64,000 nucleotides of DNA from an uncultured Candidatus Rokubacteria bacterium (GTDB taxonomy: Bacteria; Methylomirabilota; Methylomirabilia; Rokubacteriales; DASRDR01): NCBI GenBank assembly GCA_963708025.1, contig CAVPSB010000018.1, positions 448,001 through 512,000 on the forward strand, given 5' to 3'. The stretch's first letter is position 1; every line of letters begins with the position of its first letter. The position numbers and the translations under genes are program-made. The notes under the pieces are model-generated. The model worked only from the letters and a program-made list of their open reading frames with translations. It was not told where the DNA came from and ran no database searches. This document shows positions 1 through 10,319 of this stretch, piece by piece.

Positions 1-14
1 CCGGTGGTCTAACC

Positions 15-575
15 GTGCGTGAGCCGCCCTCCGGGGACGACGCGGGGTTCGTCGAGCGGCTGCGGGCCGGCGAGGGGCGGGCCTTCGAGGAGCTGGTGCG
101 CCTCTACCAGCACCGCGTCTTCGGGGTGGCGGTGCGGATGCTCGGCAACGGCGCCGAGGCCGAGGAGGTGGCCCAGGAGGTCTTCCTCCGCGTCCACCGC
201 GCGATCGGCGAGTTCCGGGGCGAGGCGAAGCTCTCGACGTGGCTGTACACGATCGCCTCGCGGCTCTGCCTCACCCGCCTGGGCGCCGGGGATCGCCGGC
301 ACGGGCGGGAGGGCGAGGAGACGCTGGAGCGGCTCGCCAACGGCCACGCCGACCCGGCGGTCACGCTGGAGCGGAGCGAGGTGGAGGCGGCCCTGCATCG
401 GGCCATCGCCGAGCTGCCGGAGGAGCGACGCATCGTGGTGGTCCTGCGCGACCTGGAGGGGCTAGCCTACGAGGAGATCGCGGCGGTGCTCGACCTGCCG
501 CTCGGGACGGTGCGGTCGCGGCTCCACCGGGCGCGGCTGGATCTGAAGGACAAGCTGGAGCGGTTCTTCCCATGA
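15..575 (+). CDS. ECF (sigma-70 group 4) RNA polymerase sigma factor
   Basis: Region 2 motifs (AEEVAQEVFLRV, STWLYTIA) and region 4 HTH (YEEIAAVLDLPLGTVRSRLHRAR); ATGA overlap with the anti-sigma gene. Confidence 0.95.
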   Translation: MREPPSGDDAGFVERLRAGEGRAFEELVRLYQHRVFGVAVRMLGNGAEAEEVAQEVFLRVHRAIGEFRGEAKLSTWLYTIASRLCLTRLGAGDRRHGREGEETLERLANGHADPAVTLERSEVEAALHRAIAELPEERRIVVVLRDLEGLAYEEIAAVLDLPLGTVRSRLHRARLDLKDKLERFFP

Positions 576-1675
576 CGTGTCACGACGCGCGCGAGCTGTT
601 CTCGGCCCGGGTCGACGGCGCGCTCACCGACGAGGAGCGCCGCGGTCTCGACGCCCACCTGGCCGGCTGCCCGGAGTGCCGGCGGGAGCTGGCGCGCTTC
701 GAGGCCACCGTCGCGCTCCTCCACGCCGCCCCAACGGCCCGGGCGCCGGTCGGCTTCGTCGACCGTGTCCTCGAGGCCGCCCGACCGGTGCCCTGGACCG
801 TGCGCCTGCGGCGCCGGCTCCTCTCGCCGCTGGCGCTCCGACGACCGATCGAGGTGACCGTCGTCGCCCTGGTCGCGCTGACCGCCGTCTATGTCTACGA
901 GCGCACGCCGGAGCTTCGGGACGCGGCGCGCCCGGCGATGGCGCCGCCGGCCCCCGTGGCCCAGGCCCCGAAGCCCGCGGAGTCCCCCGTGTCCAGGTAC
1001 GAGACTGCGCCCTCGACGGTCGAGCGAATCCCCCCCATCAAGCCGCGGGCAAAGGAGGAGCAGGTCGCCGAGATGCGGGACGCGGCGCGCAGCCTCGCGA
1101 AGGCGCCCGCCGAGGTGACTCCGCCCCCCGCGCCGCCGCCGCCCCGCTCGGAGCCGACCTCACCCGCCGCTGGCACGGCGGTGGTCCCTGCGATGCCGCC
1201 GGTGCCCCGCCCAGAGCCGGTCTCGCCCGCCGCTGGCACGGCGGCAGTCCCCGCGTCGCCGCCGGCGGCACCGGAAGCGGCGCGCGCCGAGGCGAAGGCC
1301 CGCGCCGTCGAGTCGGCCGGCGAGCGCGAGCGGCAGGCGAAGGAAGCCGAGGGGAGTGGGAAGACCGCCGCCATGGCGCGCTCGTCGGCCCTCACGGGCC
1401 GGATGGCGGCGGCGCCCGACGTCGCCGGGACGCTGACCGTCACGGACCGGGACGCCGCCCGCCGCGCGCTCGCCGAGCTGAGCGCCCGGCTGGGCGGCGC
1501 CGAGCTCTTCCGGCGCGCGGACGTCGAGGCGTCGAGCGTTGACCTCGTCGTCCCGGGCACGGCCTACGCCGAGCTGGCCGAAGCTCTCGGTCGGATCGGC
1601 CGGTGGCAGCCGGACTCCGTGCCCTCTCCGCTCCCCGCGCAGATCCGCGTCAGCGTTCGCCTCGCGGCGCCCTGA
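572..1675 (+). CDS. zf-HC2 (ZAS) anti-sigma factor with TM helix and Pro/Ala-rich extracytoplasmic region
   Basis: MTCHDARELFS...AHLAGCPEC HxxxCxxC motif, hydrophobic segment VTVVALVALTAVYVY, coupled to the sigma stop codon. Confidence 0.9.
   Translation: MTCHDARELFSARVDGALTDEERRGLDAHLAGCPECRRELARFEATVALLHAAPTARAPVGFVDRVLEAARPVPWTVRLRRRLLSPLALRRPIEVTVVALVALTAVYVYERTPELRDAARPAMAPPAPVAQAPKPAESPVSRYETAPSTVERIPPIKPRAKEEQVAEMRDAARSLAKAPAEVTPPPAPPPPRSEPTSPAAGTAVVPAMPPVPRPEPVSPAAGTAAVPASPPAAPEAARAEAKARAVESAGERERQAKEAEGSGKTAAMARSSALTGRMAAAPDVAGTLTVTDRDAARRALAELSARLGGAELFRRADVEASSVDLVVPGTAYAELAEALGRIGRWQPDSVPSPLPAQIRVSVRLAAP
1141..1263 (+). repeat. 63-nt (21-aa) imperfect tandem duplication inside the anti-sigma gene
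   Basis: PRSEPTSPAAGTAVVPAMPP / PRPEPVSPAAGTAAVPASPP. Confidence 0.8.
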
Positions 1676-1685
1676 CTCGCCCCGG

Positions 1686-1712
1686 GAACTTCCCGGACCT
1701 CCTCCGGTCTAA
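1686..1712 (+). promoter_or_regulatory. sigmaE/AlgU-type ECF promoter (GAACTT-N16-TCTAA)
   Basis: GAACTT at 1686-1691 and TCTAA at 1708-1712; the same GGTCTAACCG sits at 6-15 just before the sigma gene start. Confidence 0.75.
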
Positions 1713-1757
1713 CCGGCCAGACGCACGACATCGCCGGACCACCGGGAGGATTCGCCC

Positions 1758-3182
1758 ATGAAGACCGCTCGAAGCGCGCCGCTGATCCTGCTCCTGCTGC
1801 TGACCGCGTCGCTCGCCGACGCCGCCCCGCTGAGCATCACCCGCGAGGACCAGCGCGAGGTGATGGTGACCATCTACAACGGCAACCTCGGCCTCGTGAA
1901 GGACGTGCGCGAGGTCCGGCTGCCGGCCGGCACCACCGAGGTGCGGTTCATGGACGTGGCCGCCCAGATCGATCCCACCACCGTGCACCTGCAGCTCGCT
2001 GACGGCCCCGGCCGGGCTCAAGATCCTCGAGCAGAACTACGAGTACGACCTGCTGTCGAGCGAGAAGCTCCTGGAGAAGTACGTCGGCAAGACCGTGCGG
2101 CTCTACCAGAGCGACGGGACCTATCACGAGGCCACAGCTGCTCACCACGCGCGGCCCGGTCTTCGAGATCAACGGCCAGATCCACCTGGGCCACTACGGC
2201 CGCATGGTGCTGCCCTCGCTGCCCGAGAACCTGGTGGCCAAGCCCACGCTGGTCTGGCTGCTGCGCAACCAGACCGCCGGCGGCGCAGCGGGTCGAGGCC
2301 TCGTACCTGACCGGCGGCATCACCTGGAAGGCCGACTACGTCATGGTCCTCAACGCCGCCGACGACCGCGCCGACCTCACCGGCTGGGTGACGATCGACA
2401 ACAAGAGCGGCGCCACCTACGGCAACGCCGCGCTGAAGCTGGTGGCCGGCGACGTCAACCGCGCCCAGGACGCGCGCCGCGACGGCCCGGATGATGGAGG
2501 TGGCCGCCAAGGCCGCCAGTCGCCGCGGAGGCGAGCCGCGAGTTCGCCGCCGAGGGCTTCTTCGAGTACCACCTCTACACGCTCGACGGCCGGACCACGA
2601 TCAAGGACAGCCAGACCAAGCAGCTCACGCTGCATGAGCGGCGAACGACGTGCCGGTGCAGCAAGCAGCTCTATCTACTACGGCGCCGCAGGACTACTAC
2701 CGGAACGCGTACGGCATGCCGATCTCCAACCAGAAGGTGGCGGTCCTTCTCGAGGTCAGGAACAGCAAGGAGAACCGGCTCGGCGTGCCGCTGCCCAAGG
2801 GCAAGGTGCGCGTCTACAAGGCGGACGCGGGTCGGGCAGCCAGCAGTTCATCGGCGAGGACTGGATCGACCACACGCCCAAGGACGAGCGGGTGAAGATC
2901 AAGCTGGGCGAACGCCTTCGACGTGGTCGGCGAGCGCACGCAGAAGGACTGGCGGAAGCTCGGCCGGCAACCTCTACGAGGTCGAGTGGGAGATCTCGCT
3001 GCGCAACCACAAGAAGGAGGACCAGACGGTGACGGTGATCGAGCCGGTCCCCGGCGACTGGCAGGTCCTCCACTCGACCCACCCCTACGAGAAGCTCGAG
3101 GCCCACACGCTGCGGTTCTCAGATCCCGGTGCCGAAGGAAGGGGCCGTCAAGCTCGTGTACCGGGTCCGGCTCCGCTTCTGA
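1758..3182 (+). CDS. DUF4139-type secreted protein (frameshifted in this sequence)
   Basis: Signal peptide; [51 protein letters not shown] and IDHTPKDE motifs spread over several frames. Confidence 0.8.
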
Positions 3183-3956
3183 TCCCGCGGATCCCGGGAT
3201 TCCCAAATGAAACGCCGAATGGCCCGGGCAGTCCGGTCGTCTACCCAGCTGACGGCGGCGATCGTGGCGGGATTGAGGGAGCCTACTCCGCGGCGGACTG
3301 GCTGCGGGACGTTCCTTCAGCCCCGGGGGTGCGTCGATCGGCGTCGCCTGCAGAGTGCTCCCAACAGAACCCCCCGCCTAACGGCTCCGGGGGTCTCCAG
3401 CATCGGACGCGCCCACGGCCCACGATCACGATGAAGGCCGCGCAGGGCTCCCAGGACGTGGTGCGTCTCGGCGGTCGCGGCTCGAGTCGGGCGCTCTCGG
3501 CGAGGGCGGCGTGGCTCTTCGCCAGCGTCGCGTCCATCGTGGCCCGCGTGATCGCCGTCTGGTTCTGGATCCCATTCAGGATCGTCACGACTGTCATCCC
3601 ACCCTCCAGGGAGCCGGCCGTACCTCTCGCCGGGACCTGGCAGCGAAGGAGAGCAGCGGCCGTGCCAACGGGAAGTGCCGTAGAACCCAGAGGTTAGGCG
3701 CGCGGCCCGCACCGCGTGTGGTGGTGGTGCCGAAAGTTCGGCCGACCGGGAGGTCGGGGAGCCTTCGATGACTAGGCGCGCATGGTGGCCGTCTGGGTCC
3801 TGGGGACAGTCCTGATGACCGCCGTGGCGCTCGCTGGGATGCGGGCGGGGTGGGCTAGGTAGGCTCTGAAGGTATCGGATTTTCCGATAGGCCTGGCGTC
3901 CCTCGACGGACACCTTGCGACTTGGGTCGCGCCACTCCAGCGGCGAGGCCCAGGCC

Positions 3957-4355
3957 CTACCGACTCCGTCTCGCCAGCCCCGCGGCGACCGCCTCCTTGA
4001 GCTGCGCCAGCGTGATCGGCTTCGGCAGTCGCGCGACGACGTTCATTGTGAGCTCTCCGGCGGGCTCCTCGTCGAGAAACCCGGAGATGATCAGCACGGG
4101 AATCCGCCGGAGGATCGGCGACTGCTCGAGATGTCGCAAGACTGCCTCTCCGGCGAGCTCCGGCATGCGGAGGTCCAGGATCATCAGATCGGGCACCACC
4201 GTGCGCATGAGCTCGATCGCGTCCCGACCTGTGCGGGCTTCAACGGTTCGATATCCGGCTTGGTCCAGCGCCTCAGTCCAGAGCGCGCGAACAAGGTCAT
4301 CGTCGTCGGCGATCAGGATCCACGGCACGCCGCTCACCGTAGGAGCAGCGACCAA
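3957..4355 (-). CDS. Single-domain response regulator (REC)
   Basis: ILIADDD, PDLMILDLRMP (phospho-Asp), IISG, PKPI. Confidence 0.9.
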   Translation of the reverse strand: MVAAPTVSGVPWILIADDDDLVRALWTEALDQAGYRTVEARTGRDAIELMRTVVPDLMILDLRMPELAGEAVLRHLEQSPILRRIPVLIISGFLDEEPAGELTMNVVARLPKPITLAQLKEAVAAGLARRSR

Positions 4356-4467
4356 TGGCTGTCAAGCCTTATCGCGATCGGTTCCTCGCGCCACCTCCCC
4401 CTCCCGCCGCCGCAACGCCGCCCACACACCCCTGGGGCAGGAGTGACGTGCCTCCCTCGCCACGCCT

Positions 4468-4914
4468 TCACCTCACTCCTTCGGGCTCCCGTCCCTCCTC
4501 CGTCAGGAGCCACTGCAGCGCCGCGCCCAGCTCCGCCACGGTCATGGGGGTGTCAACATAGGCGTCAAACGCAGCGGCCCGCGCGGCCTCGGCGAATTTC
4601 GGTCCGGCCAGTCCCGTGAGCGCGACGAGCTTGACTTCGCGCCGCGTGTGATCAGCGCGCAGTCGGCGGGCAAAGTTCAGCCCGCCTCAGGCCCGGCAGG
4701 GTCAGATCCACCCAATCAGGTCGGGTGTCACGCGGTTCAGGGCGGCGAGGGCCGCCTCGGCGGGCTCGGCCACGAGGACGACGGCCTCGGTCTGCCGCAG
4801 TGGCCGCTCCAGAAAGAGGCGAACGCTCCAGTCGGCCTCCACGATGAAGATCCGGTGGCACAGGACCGGAAGGCTCGGCGCGGGCGGCATGACGGAGTGC
4901 GACCCCAGCATCAT
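4468..4914 (-). pseudogene. Degenerate/frameshifted response regulator receiver
   Basis: RIFIVEAD...TPDLI continues in other frames as DLTLPGL, VKLVALTGLAG, FDAYVDTPMTVAELGAAL. Confidence 0.6.
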
Positions 4915-4935
4915 GGGCGACGACGCGGCCCCGCG

Positions 4936-5319
4936 TCAACCGCGCGAGCGGACGATCCACAATCCGAACGTCGCGGGGAGTGGACCGCGCGAGACGATCC
5001 CACGGCGGCGCGGCGCCGTCCGGCGGTTGGAGGCGATCTTCGTGAGAGTCCGGCGGCGCTCGTGGGTCCGCCGATCCAGGACGACGGCAATGCCCGCAAG
5101 GTCCTCGAGCGCGCCGCGCAGGTGCCAGAAGAGCGGCCGGGCCTCGCGCGCGACAACGATGAGCACGTGGCCGGGCGGCAAGGGAGTCGGCGGCAGCCGA
5201 TCCTGGCCCGTCCGAACGCGCTCGGCGCAGCGGTCGCAGATGCCGTGCGTGACCGCGGTGTCCTCATAGGGCGACACCTGGCCCATCACGACCCCGCACC
5301 ACGCGCAGACCCGGAACAC
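4936..5319 (-). CDS. Small CAWC-x-HGICxxC zinc-finger protein with DRRxxERR motif
   Basis: CAWC...VTHGICDRC; VVLDRRTHERRR. Confidence 0.65.
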   Translation of the reverse strand: MFRVCAWCGVVMGQVSPYEDTAVTHGICDRCAERVRTGQDRLPPTPLPPGHVLIVVAREARPLFWHLRGALEDLAGIAVVLDRRTHERRRTLTKIASNRRTAPRRRGIVSRGPLPATFGLWIVRSRG

Positions 5320-5430
5320 CGAGGCGGCCTCGCCCCATTCGCCGGTGGGGGCGACCCTACGAACGGGGTCGGAGAGTCGTCAAGTTCAGTTTGACGGTGA
5401 CGCTGGCTGGTGCTGTCGGCACGTGCCCTG

Positions 5431-5886
5431 TCACGTCGATCCAGCCGGGCTCGCGTTAGGCCGACAGTCTGTGTGATCGCCCTCGGGACGGGCGGCCGCT
5501 GGCCGAGGGCGGACGAGCATCCACCCTCGCGTCAGCAGGTCGGAACCCGGGGCGCGGCGATCCTCGCCGCGGTACTCAGCCCGCTTGGAGACCTCGTTGG
5601 GGCGAACCCCCGTGCGGCGATCCCACAGCACGGCAGTCGGCGTCGAGTAGACCTCGGGCGGAAGCGTGAGATGCCCGGCGCCTGGCGGCGCGCGGCGGGA
5701 GAGGATCAGGAGGGCGCGGGGCGGCGGTGGAGGCTCAGCGCCGCCGTCCCCCTCGGCCCGGGCTCGACAGGGCTCACAAATCCCGTGCGTCACCTCCCAG
5801 TCATGGAAGGGCGACTTGACGCCGAGGAACAGGCCGCACCATGCGCAGTCTCGGATCACGAGGTCCCCCCCCGGTCGGAATCCCAA
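5431..5886 (-). CDS. Paralogous CAWC-x-HGICxxC zinc-finger protein
   Basis: CAWC...VTHGICEPC; VLWDRR...EDRR. Confidence 0.6.
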   Translation of the reverse strand: MGFRPGGDLVIRDCAWCGLFLGVKSPFHDWEVTHGICEPCRARAEGDGGAEPPPPPRALLILSRRAPPGAGHLTLPPEVYSTPTAVLWDRRTGVRPNEVSKRAEYRGEDRRAPGSDLLTRGWMLVRPRPAAARPEGDHTDCRPNASPAGST

Positions 5887-6348
5887 ATGGGAATGTCACC
5901 GTAAGGGAGAGCCGCCCGGCGTGTCAATCCTCGTTGGCTGTTGAGTGGTACAGAGGGCGCCGCCTCGCCCCTGGTCAGTTCGCGACCAGGCCGATCTCTC
6001 GGCTCATCTGAGAGTCGTTCTCCCGCGGACCTTTACGTCGGGCCTGCGAGTTGCGCCGCCCATCCGGCCGCGATCAAGACATCTGCATTGGGGGGAGAAC
6101 GGAAGTGGAGGTGGGCTGGCGAGTGCTCGGCGAGGTCATGATTCTCGGCGGGTTCGTCCTGCTCGCGTTGCTCCTCGGTCTCGGTTTCACGGGCAGCCCA
6201 TGACCCCGCCGCGCGTGCTCGTCGAAGGGGCGGTCATCGGAACCAGGAACGACTTTGAACCAGGCCTTCTGCGGCCGCCCGGTGACGCCCAGCTCGGCCG
6301 AATCTTCGGACATGAAGGGAGCCGAAAGGTGCTTTGGACGGCAGGTCC

Positions 6349-7733
6349 CTATGCGGGCTGCGGCTCCGCCGTCACCGGGTCCAGGCCGAGGCGGAGCTGG
6401 AATTCGCGGCGGAGCAGCAGGAGAGCCATCACCATCTGCAGGGTGACGGCACCCACCGAGAGGTACCAGATCCAGCGCAGCTCGAAGCCCGGGACCCGCG
6501 ACAGCAGGAACGCAGGGACGGCGACCACCAGGATGCGGACGAACGACGCGATGAGCGACGGCATGGTGTTGCCCATCGCCTGGAACATGCTCGAGGCGAC
6601 GAAGACGATGCCCGACGCGACGAAGTTCCAGGACACGATGCGCAGGTACTCCTCGCCGACCGCGACGACCTGCGGGTCCGTGGAGAAGACGCGGATCATG
6701 GCGGCCGGCGCGATGTGACAGCAGAGGGCGAGGAGCACCATCGCGCGACCCGGCCATCAGAGCAGCCGTCCGGAACGTGTCGCGCACGCGCTGCGGCCTG
6801 CGCGCGCCGAAGTTCTGCCCCGCCACCGGCGCGACCGCGAAGCCGAGCGCCACCACCGGCATGAAGCCCGCCTGGATCGATGCGCATGCCGATGCCGAAG
6901 CCCGCCTGGGCCGCGGCGCCGAACGGCCGGCTGATGACGTAGACGATGAACAGGTAGACGGCCATCAGCGCGAACTCGGCGCCGGCGGGCAGGCCGATCT
7001 TGAGCAGGCGACGCCACAGGGCCGACGTCGCGGCTTCCAGTCGCACCGGCACGAACTTCAGGTACGCGTCCGTCGGCAGGAAGTAGAGCGCGAGCCACAC
7101 GGTGCCCGACCGCGACCGCGATCGAACGTGGCGAGCGCCGCGCCGGCGACGCCGAGCGGGCGATGGCGTGACCCAGCCGAAGATCAGGAACGGCGCCAGG
7201 ATCATGTTGAGGATGACCGTCGCCGTCTGCACGACCATCCCCGGCTTGAAGTTGCCGGTGCCGCGCAGCGCCGCGCCCATCGCGACCATGCCGAACTGGA
7301 GCGCCAGCGCCGGGATGAACCACGCGCAGGTACTCGCCGGCCAGGCGCCGCGGTCGCGGCGTCGGCGCTCAGCGCGCGGCGTAGCGCGTCCGGAGCGCCG
7401 TCGCGAGCAAGGCGAAGAACGCGCCGCGCGACCAGGACCGAGAGCACCAGCGACTGGTTGAAGACGCAGCAGCGGCCTGCTCGCGGTCCTTGCGGCCCGG
7501 CGGCGTGCGAGACCAGCGTCGTCGTGCCGACGCCGAGCATCTGCGTCAGCGCGAGCACGATGAACATCAGGTTGCCGGCGATCGCCGACCGCCGCGACGG
7601 CCTCCTTGCCGAGCGCCCGACCCAGTAGAGGTCGATCAGGAAGTAGAGCGTCTGGAAGACCATCGTGACCAGCATGAAGCTCGGTGGTCTTGAGCAGGTG
7701 GCGGAGACCGGAGCCGGTGGTCAGGTCCTGCAT
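6349..7733 (-). CDS. MATE family efflux transporter (frameshifted)
   Basis: MQDLTTGS start; ALRGTGNFKPGM, LNMILAPFLIFGW, LLKIGLPA, VAGQNFGA, FQAMGNT motifs across frames. Confidence 0.85.
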
Positions 7734-8142
7734 GCCGGCAATCTAACACCAAACGCGCTGCGGACGAGCCGGGTCCCTGTACACTCTTCCGCGATCGGCA
7801 TGCTCGCCATCGGATCGTCGCGCGTTCTCACGGCGGCTTCATGGCCGCCACCAAACCGCGGCACAATCCTGCACCAAGCCGCCAAACGCCTCCCTCCAGT
7901 CCGTGAGGGGCTACGGCACCTCACGCGCCAGGACGTTCTGACAGTCGCCGCCGAACTTTTCGGCAGCGCCACCGCCCACCACCACCTCGCCCTCCCGCTC
8001 ATTGCCCGAAGTTCGCGCCCCGGCACGCTCGATGCCCGGGCACTTCGTTTGCTAGATCCGCTACAGGGGCTGCTCCTAGGGAGAGTTGACGAGCGCAGGC
8101 CTCTCGACGTGGAAAAGCCTGGGAAAGCCTGGGGTGAAGGAC

Positions 8143-8868
8143 ATGGCGCAGGAAGACCGGGCGGATCAGGGAGCCAGGAAACGCCAAACGCTCGCCGAAA
8201 TCCGGGCGGAGATTGATCGGCTATACTCCCTACGGGAGGACGATGAGCCGCCGGCCCAACCTCGTCCTCGGCGGAGGCTCGTCGCAGGGGTGGTCGCCGC
8301 TACGGTAGGCGCAGCCGTGATATCGGGCGTGCTGGTGGGTACACTGCTACCCCGACAGGCAGCTCGGGGGCAATCGAAGACACCGGTTACCATGGCACCC
8401 GCCCCGGTGCCGCGGTCGCCCGTGGTGAGCGAGCCCCAGCAGGCGGCGACCGACGTCGGGGATGCACCCGGGCCTGGTGCGACCTCGGACGACGAGGGTG
8501 TGCTGCGCGAGTCGGTGGACGTCTTGCTGGCCGCAACGAACCAGCGCGACCTCTCGGGCGTGCTCGCCTTCTACCCGGAGCGCGTGCCGCGATTCTACCT
8601 GGCGCGTGACGTGCCCCGCGATGTCGTCGCCGCCGACAAGGCCCGGCAGTTCCGCCAGGCGACGGTGCTCGACGTTCGTCGCACCAGCGACGTGGTGCTC
8701 ATCATCGATCCGGCCGGTGACGCCGCAGTGATGCGCTTCACCAAGCGTTACGTCATTACCGGACCGGGTCTGGATCGTCAGGGGGAGTCACTCCACGAGC
8801 TGCACTGGGCCAAGCGCGAGACCGGCTGGACGATCGTGAGCGAGCGCGATCTCCGCGTCCTCCGCTGA
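8143..8868 (+). CDS. Membrane-anchored protein with C-terminal NTF2/SnoaL-like domain
   Basis: Single TM helix, Pro-rich linker, ATNQRDLSGVLAFY...FTKRY...LHWAKRETGWTIVSE. Confidence 0.6.
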   Translation: MAQEDRADQGARKRQTLAEIRAEIDRLYSLREDDEPPAQPRPRRRLVAGVVAATVGAAVISGVLVGTLLPRQAARGQSKTPVTMAPAPVPRSPVVSEPQQAATDVGDAPGPGATSDDEGVLRESVDVLLAATNQRDLSGVLAFYPERVPRFYLARDVPRDVVAADKARQFRQATVLDVRRTSDVVLIIDPAGDAAVMRFTKRYVITGPGLDRQGESLHELHWAKRETGWTIVSERDLRVLR

Positions 8869-9019
8869 CTCGGGGGCGATTGCCCGCCTCACGGCGCGAA
8901 GTGCAGCCCCAGCGCAGCCGTCTGCTACTCGGCCAGCGCGCCAGCCCGGCTTACCCCCGCCCCCGTGCCGCTAGAAACCGTTATAACGCCGCTGGTGGGG
9001 CATCCCGGGGGCGCATAGA

Positions 9020-9358
9020 ATGCTGTGCGGCGGGTGCGACCAGCCCCTTGAGCCCCGGCGCCCGAATCACCAGTACCACTCGGCCGCCTGCCGGGTCCGG
9101 GGGCTGGCCCGCCGCCGGGCCGAGGACGGCCGGGCGGCGCTCGCGGCGCTCGACCGGCTCCGGAGCCGGGTAGCGGCCGAGGTCGCACGGTGGGAGGCGA
9201 TCGCCGCCGGTCGGAGCGGGGCAGGCGATGAGCCCGCTCGAGGCGATCGCCGGGCGGCTCGGGGCGCCGCACGGGAGGACGTGAACCGGGTCCGCGGGCC
9301 CATCCTGTACGTCATCATCCGGCTGCTGGACCAGAAAGGAGACCGCGCGTGCGGATGA
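9020..9358 (+). CDS. Hypothetical phage/IME-type zinc-finger protein
   Basis: CGGCDQPL...YHSAACR motif; lies in the integrase remnant region. Confidence 0.4.
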   Translation: MLCGGCDQPLEPRRPNHQYHSAACRVRGLARRRAEDGRAALAALDRLRSRVAAEVARWEAIAAGRSGAGDEPARGDRRAARGAAREDVNRVRGPILYVIIRLLDQKGDRACG

Positions 9359-9651
9359 TCGGCCGCCTGATGCTACTCGCGATGACGCTGGCCGGCTGCG
9401 GCAGGCCACTGCCAGATACCGGCCCGAAGCTGACGCTCACTTGGGGGGCCGCGACGGATGCGGAGGAGTACGTGATCGAGCGCGCCGAGGCCGGGACATT
9501 CCGCGAGGTCGCCCGCGTGCCGGCGACTCGGACGGAGTATGTGGATCGGACGGTGCGGGCCGGCGTCGAGTACTGCTACCAGGTCCGGGCTCGGAACCGG
9601 CAGGGCGTCTCGCCGCCGGCGCCGCCGCAGTGCGGGACGCCGAAGCCGTGA
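9349..9651 (+). CDS. Fibronectin type III domain lipoprotein
   Basis: Lipobox LAGC; LTW, YVIER, YVDRTV, YCYQVRARN...S FN3 pattern. Confidence 0.75.
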   Translation: MRMIGRLMLLAMTLAGCGRPLPDTGPKLTLTWGAATDAEEYVIERAEAGTFREVARVPATRTEYVDRTVRAGVEYCYQVRARNRQGVSPPAPPQCGTPKP

Positions 9652-9714
9652 CGGCCGCCCGGGCGAACCTGAGCCGGCAGGGGCGCGTGCAGGCGCAGGC
9701 GGCTCGGGGATGCG

Positions 9715-10093
9715 GAACTCCGGCGGCTGATCGAGGCGGCGGCTCATCCCGTTCCTGTTCCCCTGCCTCCGTGGCCGCCAGCGCGTGGGCCAGTCGCGGC
9801 GCGACTTCCGGAAGGCCTGGGCGACGGCGTGCCAACAGGCGGGCGTACCGGGGCGGCTGCGCCACGACTTCCGGCGCATGGCCGTCCGCAACATGGTGAA
9901 CGACGGCACCCCGGAGAAGGTCGCCATGCTCATCACGGGGCACAAGACCCGGGCTGTCTTCGACCGCTACCACATCGTGGCGCCGGAGGACCTGAAGGCC
10001 GCGACGGCGCGGATGGCGGCCCGGGACGGGCACGTTTCCGGGCACGTTCGGGCGGCGGCGCTTGACAGGCGTCCCGCAAGCCGCGATGATTAA
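9715..10093 (+). pseudogene. Tyrosine integrase, C-terminal fragment
   Basis: [10 protein letters not shown]...HDFRR...ITGHKT...FDRY (HxxR, GH, catalytic Tyr); N-terminal part absent. Confidence 0.85.
10027..10048 (+). repeat. Integrase arm-type direct repeat CGGGCACGTT x2
   Basis: 10027-10036 and 10039-10048, 12-bp period, ~50 bp from the tRNA fragment. Confidence 0.65.
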
Positions 10094-10099
10094 AAACAC

Positions 10100-10137
10100 G
10101 CCGGCGTAGCTCAGTTGGTAGAGCAGTCGATTCGTAA
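10100..10137 (+). tRNA. 5' half of tRNA-Thr(CGT), truncated at the anticodon loop (att site)
   Basis: GCCGGCGTAGCTCAGTTGGTAGAGCAGTCGA-TTCGTAA; the following bases do not close the anticodon stem and no T-arm follows. Confidence 0.85.
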
Positions 10138-10319
10138 CCCATGAATCCTGCCGCGTAACTCTGCACCATTCCAGAGCCTAGCGCGACCACTTTGCCGGTT
10201 TCCGGTGGTCACTTTGCTTTCTACGGGCACCGAACGCCGGGCGGGGCGGCGGAACCTGTCAATAAGAACGAGACAGCGGGTTCTAGACTCATGAGATTAG
10301 TGTAGGGAGACGACCCGGT

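Noticed and set aside
3283-3913. Short ORFs and a GTTAGGC near 3693 as a second attC cassette
   Set aside because: No matching R''/L boxes or hairpin; the ORFs lack recognisable features.
8114-8133. AAAGCCTGGG direct repeat as an operator
   Set aside because: A single 10-bp tandem pair with no second site or cognate regulator evidence.
10100-10175. Intact tRNA-Thr
   Set aside because: No 3' anticodon stem, T-arm or acceptor 3' strand after 10137.
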